Source: Candidatus Poseidoniales archaeon (GTDB taxonomy: Archaea; Thermoplasmatota; Poseidoniia; Poseidoniales; Poseidoniaceae). From it: DNA of 64,000 bases. Position numbers and translations under genes: made by a program. The stretch covers positions 286 through 64,285 of the forward strand of contig QQRW01000018.1 of the NCBI GenBank assembly GCA_003602605.1. Reading direction: 5' to 3'. How positions within the stretch are numbered: position 1 is the first letter of the stretch; every line of letters starts with the position of its first letter. The notes beneath the pieces were generated by a model. It made no database searches. It was not told the origin of the DNA and was given only the letters and a program-made list of their open reading frames with translations. Of this stretch, positions 49,801 through 57,048 are shown piece by piece.

Positions 49801-50887
49801 GGTAGAAGAGAACATGAGAGTGACAATTTCCCCTGATATGTCAGTTGTATCAATCGAAATCGAAGAAACGGTTGAGGGAGATGTTGTCATCATGTCCTAT
49901 GTTGCCGGAACCGGCGGCCATGACCTCTTGATTGACACGACCCTCGAAGAAGCCGCTCCACCGTTTGTTGTTGCCTTTGATGGGGAACCAATTCAACAGG
50001 CTACATTTGAGTGCAATGATGGAACAATCATCGATTTTGCTCTCCTCAACGATGGTGCTTATGATTGCGCTGATGAAGAAGATGAACCTGATTTTGTGGA
50101 AGAAGAAATAACTTTCTGGATGTGCGCTGATGGCGAATCTGAGATTCTCCTCTCTGCTGTTTCGAATGGAAACCCCGACTGTGATGATGGGTCTGATGAA
50201 ATTCTTACTTCAACCTTCGATTGTGATGACGGAACCTCAATCACCCTCGATAAAGTGAGTGATGAAAACATGGATTGCGTCGGCGGCGAGGATGAGCCTC
50301 AATTTGAACAGGGAGAGGACAACAATATCTTCTACTGTTATGATGGCTCAGACTCAGTACCTATGGAATGGGTCAATGACGACTGGGATGATTGTGCTGA
50401 CGGATCTGACGAAGGCCTTGGCGATGGTCACGGTTATGGCCAATACATGGTCGGAGCAATCGGTATGGCGGCTGACGATATTGTTGAATGGAACGGAGGT
50501 TCAATTACCGATGCAACAAGTGCAGACGGCATGGATCTTGTCCTATCATTGTGTGATTCATTCAAGACAATCGACGGCGAAAATGGCGAATACACCGTCG
50601 GTGAAGGCTGTGGTGACGATGTTGAGCGTTGGTCGTTTGCTGACATTGCAGCAGGCGATGTCGACGGAATTGAGTTTTATGACGCTGATGAAAGCGGTAC
50701 ACTCACCGATGGAGACATGTTCAGTATCACGGACCTTGATACCATGGAGGACTGGAACGCAGTTCGATTGGCAAAGGGTACGACCTACGCTGATGAGAAT
50801 CCTGAAGTCGTACTTCCTGGATTCACAGCAGCACTTGGTATCATCTCGATGCTCGGTGCAGCGCTGCTTGTTCGCAAGAACGAGTGA
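46862..50887 (+). CDS. extremely acidic cell-surface Ca2+-binding-repeat protein (TSP3-like N-terminal repeats plus about 25 degenerate LDL-receptor class A-like 'C-x-DGS-x-I-x-LS-x-VNDG-x-EDC-x-DGSDE' repeats) with PGF-CTERM-like anchor
   Basis: Lipobox-like signal (MKVQTLLLTLMLLLSGCLG). 'DTDGDGLPDQLD', 'DTDDDNDGFLD' TSP3-type motifs. Periodic repeat of about 30-33 aa with the 2-Cys 'DCxDGSDE' core. C-terminal 'VLPGFTAALGIISMLGAALLVRKNE'. Confidence 0.7.
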   Translation: MKVQTLLLTLMLLLSGCLGMADEDIEIDKNDMFPDDDAAYYDTDGDGLPDQLDGESTSTPPLVADTDDDNDGFLDTMETTCGTDPLNATSFPEDLDGDFECDEYDFDIDGDTVINDADAFPRDASASTDTDGDGMPDTLTGESTLIEDLDDDNDGWSDLDETACGSNSLVASLMPVDANGDGICDAVSTDDDADTYSDDEETQCGSDPLDAASIPADLDNDTICDALDDDMDGDGTPNAQDMYPRDPSKHEDVPGCTDTASFNFDADANLDDGTCVDAEDVFGMMLNFVENETWHSFDSSSEDFDGDGAVDFIMSMLMISAPAQDSVLMNQVISNPDGEEMLNITYLYSSGTIQLDQYVVVEEDEDSGEQLTMNDQVLIHHQYMANPFIEAPEWMHCEQLPDNTWLCSDSDYFTEGNPDSATETLHQYTCADGTTIMSSEVNDGTEDCADGSDEPQFTETYSYTCLSGETIGLMHVNDGDEDCADGSDEAKIFQCADGSYVYFAVANNGGADCNDDSDEPAYNVTELSTYDCADGSQIYLSQVNDGVEDCLDADDEPTYEDTEQTYFDCDDGISYIYLSQVNDGTEDCADGEDEATFDEDGEETSTFECEYTGDIIPLSYVNDGEEDCYYGDDEPFVGEEETSVFDCADGSDTIDLSEVNDEYQDCEDGSDEPVYDMTETSMFDCEDGSQIFFSLANDGVEDCANGEDEPSEEYVEYTSFDCANGDTIPLSLVNDGTEDCQSGDDEPSYDPITGSELTTYQCPYSGESIALSLVNDGSYDCGDYEDEPYGDIEETSFFTCDNGDEIVMSWLNDNYNDCEGGEDEAQFDMGEEISVFTCADGSEVSFSLVNDNNNDCADGEDEYYTYECADGSDTIPLLAVNFGYYFCQDDSDESDAEESSEFTCFDGETIPLSYYSDGEADCSDRSDEISFDDDYTDCVWDAEAGFWVCAETMPEGTWSGEMQEDGGMIVTITEIDPDSLVEENMRVTISPDMSVVSIEIEETVEGDVVIMSYVAGTGGHDLLIDTTLEEAAPPFVVAFDGEPIQQATFECNDGTIIDFALLNDGAYDCADEEDEPDFVEEEITFWMCADGESEILLSAVSNGNPDCDDGSDEILTSTFDCDDGTSITLDKVSDENMDCVGGEDEPQFEQGEDNNIFYCYDGSDSVPMEWVNDDWDDCADGSDEGLGDGHGYGQYMVGAIGMAADDIVEWNGGSITDATSADGMDLVLSLCDSFKTIDGENGEYTVGEGCGDDVERWSFADIAAGDVDGIEFYDADESGTLTDGDMFSITDLDTMEDWNAVRLAKGTTYADENPEVVLPGFTAALGIISMLGAALLVRKNE

Positions 50888-50995
50888 ATCTGCTTACGGT
50901 GAACATCTGTTGTGGGTTGGCCTTGCTCGACTGTGTCAACCTTTGATCGGAATGTGTACAGAAAAGACTAATGCAGGGTTTTATCTAGTGATTTC

Positions 50996-51535
50996 ATGAC
51001 TGTGAAGAATTTGATGATGGCTCTCATGATGGCGTCAATGGTTTTCGTTGGCTGCATAAGTGATTTAACACCGTTTGGTGGAGAGAATGTTGGAACTTTT
51101 GACATCGATGGCCTCGGCACTGGAACAGCTGAAACGGATGACATGATTGTGAAGTTAGAGTTGATAAACAGCACATCTCCAATCCAGTTCCACGATGGTA
51201 CATCTGCACAGGATGGAGCAGAACACTACAGATTTCGCCTCGTAGTAGGCGATCCAGATGACGAAAACAGCCCCACGTACGAATGTAGGCTAGCATCCAA
51301 TTCACCAGATGCTTGTCTCATCATAGAAACCGTCGAAGACGGAGTATGGATGCCTGAGGAAATTATTACATTGCGAGAGAACAATGTGGACATATGCAGT
51401 GAAGGTTGTCTCAATCAATTGACAATTATGAACGGAGACATAACGACCGAACAGGAAGAGAATCTGCAATATCTCGGCCAAGAATCAACGAGTGGGTCCG
51501 TTGGACACACGACGAATTTTTGGATGGGTCAATAA
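50996..51535 (+). CDS. small secreted lipoprotein-like protein
   Basis: Signal peptide with 'VFVGC' lipobox-like motif; acidic mature domain. Confidence 0.4.
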   Translation: MTVKNLMMALMMASMVFVGCISDLTPFGGENVGTFDIDGLGTGTAETDDMIVKLELINSTSPIQFHDGTSAQDGAEHYRFRLVVGDPDDENSPTYECRLASNSPDACLIIETVEDGVWMPEEIITLRENNVDICSEGCLNQLTIMNGDITTEQEENLQYLGQESTSGSVGHTTNFWMGQ

Positions 51536-51536
51536 C

Positions 51537-51905
51537 TCAAATTTGTATCGAATCACTGACAAGTTCTGCTCCGCAGTTCATGCAATGCTTGCCTTGCGAG
51601 GGTGTCTGCTCATTGCACGTGTTGCAGGTGATGTAGCCATGAAGTTCGAGCACAGCCCTTTGTTTGATCATCACCCAAGCGACCCATGCATAGGCCACAG
51701 TCAGCAACACAAACAGTCCAAAGACAGCACCGGTGCCGAGAGATAAGAACTGAACACCTAGAGCAAAAGCGAGGAATACACTGGCAGTAAATGCATAGAC
51801 CGGCCATTCCAAGCGCATGCTTAACCCACTCTGTGCATGTATTTGATTTATATTCAGAGATGAGTCCAACACTTGCATAACTTGCAGTGTTGTAAGAACC
51901 CACAA
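51537..51905 (-). CDS. small 3-TM protein with C-terminal zinc ribbon
   Basis: Three hydrophobic helices then 'CNTCNEQTPSQGKHCMNCGAEL' (C-x2-C-x11-C-x2-C). Confidence 0.45.
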   Translation of the reverse strand: MWVLTTLQVMQVLDSSLNINQIHAQSGLSMRLEWPVYAFTASVFLAFALGVQFLSLGTGAVFGLFVLLTVAYAWVAWVMIKQRAVLELHGYITCNTCNEQTPSQGKHCMNCGAELVSDSIQI

Positions 51906-51936
51906 CGCTCAAAGGGGTCGGAGCGAAGGCACGTGT

Positions 51937-53172
51937 ATGAGCACCCGCCGTCTCTTCGCCGCAGTGCGAGACCTCGATCCACCAGGAGGCGGTGCAGAGC
52001 GTTCTTTGGCGACCCTGCTGAACGGTATTTCCGTACCTGGGCCAACGCTCGAAACCGCTCCAACGTTCGTTCCCATGTCATCCGCTGCAGATGCTCCAAC
52101 GCATCCAGCGTGGACGGTGAGTGCCTTTGCAAGTCACGACAGAGGCGACCCTATCGGTTTGCTTGAACCCGAGGTGACATTTGAAACCACAGACCTTCCA
52201 CTCGAAGAATTCTGGTCGAAGGTCGCATGGGTTCTGCGAGAGCGCAAAGGCGAGCTTAGACGTAGAAAGTGGGCCCTTGACCGACACATTGCCAAGCGAA
52301 GTTCCCAATTCGCCGCAGAAGTTGGTTCATGGTTGGACAAACACGATGTAGAAGGCGGCATTGGCCTGACCCAACTTGACTGGGCACCAGGGGCCGCAGA
52401 AGCGTTTGCTTCCCGTGGAATGCCTTATGTCATGTTCGTTCGAGATGACAAGCCTTTCTTGCTCGAGGAACGCTTTCGCCCTGTAATAGAGGGCGCAGCC
52501 CTCGTGTGTGCAGCTGGGGAAGGTTTGCTGGCTGATATTGAATCACGTTTTTCCATCCAGAAAGGTCACAACGTACCATTACCAATCGACTTTACTCGAC
52601 GCTTTGGGAGCATAGAAGAGGTTAACGCCTTGCGTTTGGCTGAGCAAGCGAAGCGACCTGCTGGTTCTCCACCAACCATCGGGATTATGGGAGTGGTCCC
52701 TGAAAAGGGGCTTCGAACATCTCAACGCATCCTACCTAGGTTGCTCGAACGATGGCCCGAGGCAGAAGTTCTGATCGCAGGAGATAATACGTATTCGCAA
52801 GATCTCGCTCACCATCCAAACGCACGGATTCTAGGCTACATTGATGCAGCAGCGTTCTTCTCGAAAATCGATATCCATCTTATTCTATTTGAGAGGACAG
52901 GAACGTGGGGACGGGTCATAGGGGAAGCAGGCTTGTTCGGTGTACCAAGTGTGACTTCCGACATTGGCTCGCAAAAGGAAGCGTTGGGAGAGGGAGGCAT
53001 TCTGGTGGACGATGGTCATGATACGGATGCAGTCATTGATGCCCTGATGGCCGTGTATGAGGACCGAGAGCGCTATGGGGCACTGGCGCGCAAGCACACA
53101 CAAATGGTTGATCATCGGCGGTCTGTGGCCGCCTTCCGCACCGGGCTTGAGGATTTGTTTGAAGGCCGTTGA
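51937..53172 (+). CDS. GT4-family glycosyltransferase
   Basis: N-terminal 'PGGGAERSLATL'; C-terminal 'GRVIGEAGLFGVPSVTSDIGSQKEALGEGGILV' GT4 signature. Confidence 0.7.
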   Translation: MSTRRLFAAVRDLDPPGGGAERSLATLLNGISVPGPTLETAPTFVPMSSAADAPTHPAWTVSAFASHDRGDPIGLLEPEVTFETTDLPLEEFWSKVAWVLRERKGELRRRKWALDRHIAKRSSQFAAEVGSWLDKHDVEGGIGLTQLDWAPGAAEAFASRGMPYVMFVRDDKPFLLEERFRPVIEGAALVCAAGEGLLADIESRFSIQKGHNVPLPIDFTRRFGSIEEVNALRLAEQAKRPAGSPPTIGIMGVVPEKGLRTSQRILPRLLERWPEAEVLIAGDNTYSQDLAHHPNARILGYIDAAAFFSKIDIHLILFERTGTWGRVIGEAGLFGVPSVTSDIGSQKEALGEGGILVDDGHDTDAVIDALMAVYEDRERYGALARKHTQMVDHRRSVAAFRTGLEDLFEGR

Positions 53173-53385
53173 GTCCAGTCTGCTTGAAGGACCCTACACT
53201 CACCCACTGAGCCAGCTAAGGTTTGGAGTGAGCAGCGGGCAACATGAGCGCCCAGCTCAGTGAGGCTCCAGTGTACCGTGTTAGGTAGAAATGATTTGGG
53301 CCATAGTAAGGGAACGTTCTTGAGCAAAAGGGTTGTCCCCGTAATATCAGGTAATGGTTATACCAGTGTCTGTTGAGGTTTTTGA

Positions 53386-54030
53386 ATGATAAATCGGATT
53401 CGGCAAATGCTATTTAGAATGCGTCATAAAAACAGCCCTTTCCCGGGGTCTTCTGAATATTGGGACCGCCGTTACCGTAGTGGAGGTACTTCGGGGGATG
53501 GTTCGTACGGCGGTTTGGCGGATTTCAAGGCCGAAATAATCAACGTATTTGTCGAGGAAAACGGTATTGATACTGTAGTCGAATTAGGTTGTGGTGATGG
53601 GAACCAACTTGGATTGATGGATGTCCCACAGTATACTGGTTATGATATTTCTAAAAAAGCTGTAGAGATGTGTGCAAAAAAGTACTCGGCTGATTCTTCA
53701 AAGAAATTTATTCACTATTTACCCAACCAATACGATGGTGAGGCGAAAGCGCAACTTTCACTCTCATTGGATATCATTTACCACTTAGTCGAGGATGTAG
53801 TATTTGAAACGTATATGCACCATTTATTCCAGTTAGCCAGTGATTGGGTCATTGTCTATTCCAGTAACTCGGAGGATCCGGAAGCAGAAGGGATTGAACA
53901 CTGTAGGAATCGAAAGTTCGTCGATTGGGTTGGTGCAAATATTTCAGGCTGGGAACTTGTTAACAAAATCAAAAACCGCTACCCTGAACGTTCAAGATGT
54001 GATTTCTATATTTACAAAAAGTCGGCATGA
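53386..54030 (+). CDS. class I SAM-dependent methyltransferase
   Basis: 'VVELGCGDGNQLGLM' (motif I GxGxG), 'YTGYDIS' (motif II). Confidence 0.6.
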   Translation: MINRIRQMLFRMRHKNSPFPGSSEYWDRRYRSGGTSGDGSYGGLADFKAEIINVFVEENGIDTVVELGCGDGNQLGLMDVPQYTGYDISKKAVEMCAKKYSADSSKKFIHYLPNQYDGEAKAQLSLSLDIIYHLVEDVVFETYMHHLFQLASDWVIVYSSNSEDPEAEGIEHCRNRKFVDWVGANISGWELVNKIKNRYPERSRCDFYIYKKSA

Positions 54031-54053
54031 TTTAACCGGTATCCAGGCGAAGG
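53951..54053 (+). repeat. direct repeat copy 1 (about 100 bp, 3 mismatches versus copy 2), spanning the methyltransferase 3' end and stop
   Basis: 'aacaaaatcaaaaaccgctaccctgaacgttcaagatgtgatttctatatttacaaaaagtcggcatgatttaaccggtatccaggcgaagg' recurs at 55248. Confidence 0.85.
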
Positions 54054-54201
54054 CCGCTCGGCTTTTTGGTGTTCTTGCTCATCCACATTCTAAATTGCAA
54101 AACACCAAATCTGGTGTGTGTGACCAAAGTGTTATTGCCAAAATGCTGGTTATCGAAATCACACCAAAAATAAACCTTTCATTAAAAATTGAAAATGAAA
54201 T

Positions 54202-55164
54202 CTATTTGTCATTAATTAAAAGTTCATATTCCATGCCATTTTTATTATTCGGCATATCTAACTTATGAGGTAAATTGTAGTCTGTTGAAACATTTGAGTG
54301 TTTGGAAAAAGTTACCTCCAATACAAGGGGCAAATCATCATCTTCGCGTAATGGACGGAAATTATTAGCATGAACATGAACTAAATTTAAACTCAATTCA
54401 TTTATGAACTTTTCAATTTTGTTAAGATGTATATCAACATCATGAAACTCAAGCACTAAGCCAGTAATTCTCTCTTCATTAGCGACAATGTCATGCAAGA
54501 TCCGATATTCAGATCCTTCTATATCAATTTTCAAAAAAATATTGTTACTTTCAGTTTGATTTAAAACATCCATAAAAGTGCAGTACTGCTCACTTTTAAT
54601 ATTCGAGCCTACAAATTTTTGGAGATGATTAACATTTGGTTGAGTTTTAATATCCATGCTTACAAATTTTGTGATATGATTAACATTTGATTGAGAGAAG
54701 AATTTTCTATAATTTAAGAGCACATTTAGCGAATTCAGAAAGCGTTTAAATCTATAAATCCTTAATGCAGATCCCAAGAGGCGTCTGAAGAAAATTCTTT
54801 CACTAACACTCGCATCATAAGCCTCTATGGATACTTTTTTTTGATTTAAGAAATCCTCTTCAAAACTCCAATCATCACTAATACCAAATCCTAAAAGTAA
54901 ATCTGTTTGTTCAATGTCTGATTTTGAAACGAGATATCCTCCATCATAATCCCTTCCAATTCGGACTAAATCCGTTGATTGCTTTATTGAAAAGAAATGT
55001 GGTAGTCGTGCTTTCATAATGTTATGGACAGGAGGAGGGGCAATAAGTGTTTTTGAATGGTTGATAATATCTGTTGCTAAGGGCAGACGCTGGGAAAAAG
55101 TCCCATGTTCCTTCTTTAGTAAGGGGTTATCCGAAACCCCTTTGCATTTTATATCCCGATACAT
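54202..55164 (-). CDS. FkbM-family methyltransferase
   Basis: 'FLKIDIEGSEYRILHDI' (FkbM 'DIEGxE' signature); low GC; lies between the two direct repeats. Confidence 0.6.
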   Translation of the reverse strand: MYRDIKCKGVSDNPLLKKEHGTFSQRLPLATDIINHSKTLIAPPPVHNIMKARLPHFFSIKQSTDLVRIGRDYDGGYLVSKSDIEQTDLLLGFGISDDWSFEEDFLNQKKVSIEAYDASVSERIFFRRLLGSALRIYRFKRFLNSLNVLLNYRKFFSQSNVNHITKFVSMDIKTQPNVNHLQKFVGSNIKSEQYCTFMDVLNQTESNNIFLKIDIEGSEYRILHDIVANEERITGLVLEFHDVDIHLNKIEKFINELSLNLVHVHANNFRPLREDDDLPLVLEVTFSKHSNVSTDYNLPHKLDMPNNKNGMEYELLINDK

Positions 55165-55247
55165 GGGGATTCAGTGGGTCGATACAGACGCTCCCCTCTG
55201 CTTGACCCATCTTGAAGGCGCAGGGTTATGATGGAGGCTATCTCGTT

Positions 55248-55342
55248 TAACAAAATCAAAAACCGCTACCCTGAACGTTCAAGATCTGATTTCTATATTT
55301 ACAAAAAGTCGGCATCATTTAACCGGCATCCAGGCGAAGGTC
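55248..55342 (+). repeat. direct repeat copy 2
   Basis: Near-identical to 53951-54053; encodes a pseudo-ORF fragment 'NKIKNRYPERSRSDFYIYKKSA'. Confidence 0.85.
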
Positions 55343-55353
55343 CAACCTACCGT

Positions 55354-56250
55354 TTACCCTTGCTCAAGAAGACGTTCTTGTTCTGCGAGCAGAGCATAGG
55401 TGCTGGGAAGGAAGGTCTGGCGAAGTTGCACATCGTTTTGTTGTTCAGAAACATTGGTCTTATGCAGGGCTTGTTCTTGGCTCCCAGGTATATTGTCAAA
55501 TTCAATGCTTTCCTCTGCTACTAAACCAATACCAACGCCGTGTTCAATGGATTGAAATGTGAGCCAAATGTCATCGGCTCGGGGACATGTTTCCCTAAAT
55601 CCATCTCCTGCCTTCCGCATTATCTCAAGGAAATTCGGGGGAAACAATACTCCTGAGACACACGTGGCAAAATTCAGATGACTCGGTCCTTTAATTCCGG
55701 GTGGCCACGAATTATAGGGGGCGAGCCCTTTCTTGTCATCACTGAGAACTATTCTGTGTGCTCGATGTGCCATGACTGAAGTTGGTTCACGTTGTGCTGC
55801 TTCAAGGATGCGTTCCAGCCACCAATTTGGATAGAATATATCGTCGTCGGCAACAATATGTGGGCGAGAAAAATCTGGAGCGTTTTGAATCCACCACTGT
55901 ATCTTCGTATGCGGACCGAGATTTTCAGCCAGATGGATTTCCAAACCTCGTTTCATCAGCCGTTTCAAGGCCTTAGTTGGATGCAATACATCTTTCTCTA
56001 CATCTAAATAAAGCATGAATCTTGAGGGGAGAACCGTCCCCTTAGCAATTGTCTCGATGGCGATGTGGGCAGTTTTCAAGCGTTGCCCGTAGGTTGTCAT
56101 TGAGACAGTGGGGCCTTCTGGATGAAGGATGGAGGAAGAAGTGAAACGGTTTCTCAATCCGAGACGAAATGCTCTCAACGGCAGCAGAATCCTCTTTAGA
56201 TGATTTCGGAGGTAGGATTTCACATTGGGAACTCTCATGCACTTTACCAA
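55354..56250 (-). CDS. putative glycosyltransferase (DxD-type)
   Basis: 'PHIVADDDIFYPNWW' DxD-like motif; no closer assignment possible by eye. Confidence 0.4.
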   Translation of the reverse strand: MVKCMRVPNVKSYLRNHLKRILLPLRAFRLGLRNRFTSSSILHPEGPTVSMTTYGQRLKTAHIAIETIAKGTVLPSRFMLYLDVEKDVLHPTKALKRLMKRGLEIHLAENLGPHTKIQWWIQNAPDFSRPHIVADDDIFYPNWWLERILEAAQREPTSVMAHRAHRIVLSDDKKGLAPYNSWPPGIKGPSHLNFATCVSGVLFPPNFLEIMRKAGDGFRETCPRADDIWLTFQSIEHGVGIGLVAEESIEFDNIPGSQEQALHKTNVSEQQNDVQLRQTFLPSTYALLAEQERLLEQG

Positions 56251-56368
56251 CGTTGTTGATTCAAAGGGCTAATTCGCGTATTCTTATACCTTTCCCAGCA
56301 CTGGTGCTACCGAAGAAAACGATACACTGCAGTTCACATCATGAGGCCAGTATCTGTTCTGGATCTTC

Positions 56369-56929
56369 TTACACTCCGAGAACAGTGACAAATCTTTGAA
56401 CAGTATCTTGAAATTTTTTCCTCCACCCCTTTTCTTTGGAGTTTTTATGGAATACTGTGATTTCAAGTTCCCAATCTTCACCCCACAAAGTGCTACCTTG
56501 AATCCATATCCCACTTGAACCTCCCGAACCTTTTCCATCGCCGGTATCTTCGGCGATATTCATTTTCACCTTCTTCACTTCGGACAATTTGTGTTCAAAG
56601 GTTTGATCGATTTTGCCAAAGAGCGTGGAACGAAGTTCCAATGTGTCACGGCCTTTATCGATTTGAATCACATAAATGCGTAACAGTCCACGTTGAGTTC
56701 TGAAAATGAGGTAGGGTATGACGGCGTAAAACGGCCCAATACAGATGGTGCCTAAAATGCCAAGAACCATTTCTCGTCTCCCAGTTTGAATCACATCCGT
56801 AAGTGATGTCAAAGGGAGCACGATGGAAAATACCAATAGAGGAATAAGGAAAATGGAAATGAATACTTTTTCATGAAAAGGATACTCTCCTTTTTCTTGA
56901 TATTGAGCAGCATGGGTTTCTTGTTCCAC
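56369..56929 (-). CDS. hypothetical 3-TM membrane protein
   Basis: 186-aa ORF with three hydrophobic helices N-terminal and a soluble Gly-rich C-terminal region. Confidence 0.35.
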   Translation of the reverse strand: MEQETHAAQYQEKGEYPFHEKVFISIFLIPLLVFSIVLPLTSLTDVIQTGRREMVLGILGTICIGPFYAVIPYLIFRTQRGLLRIYVIQIDKGRDTLELRSTLFGKIDQTFEHKLSEVKKVKMNIAEDTGDGKGSGGSSGIWIQGSTLWGEDWELEITVFHKNSKEKGWRKKFQDTVQRFVTVLGV

Positions 56930-57048
56930 AATTGAACTCGCGCGATTCTATTTTTAATCTATACCCCTGCGTATTGGTCTCGCTGCACAACAGAACAGAG
57001 AGAACTTCTGAGCGGAGTATTCATGGGTGGGTTTTTGCTGGCACTGCT

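Noticed and set aside
48100-50420. Periodic roughly 90-100-bp DNA repeats that might be mistaken for a CRISPR array or satellite
   Set aside because: The periodicity is in-frame and encodes the LDLa-like protein repeats. There is no alternation of identical repeats with unique spacers and no cas genes.
53173-53385. Intergenic region with an 8-bp inverted repeat (cactgagc ... gctcagtg) that might be a structured RNA or tRNA
   Set aside because: The stem is short with a roughly 45-nt loop. No cloverleaf or conserved tRNA boxes could be recognised by eye.
55228-55524. 98-aa ORF beginning 'MMEAISFNKIKNRYPERSRSDFYIYKKSA'
   Set aside because: Its N-terminus is just the duplicated 3' end of the 53386-54030 methyltransferase (direct repeat copy 2). 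It is likely a non-functional remnant, not a gene.
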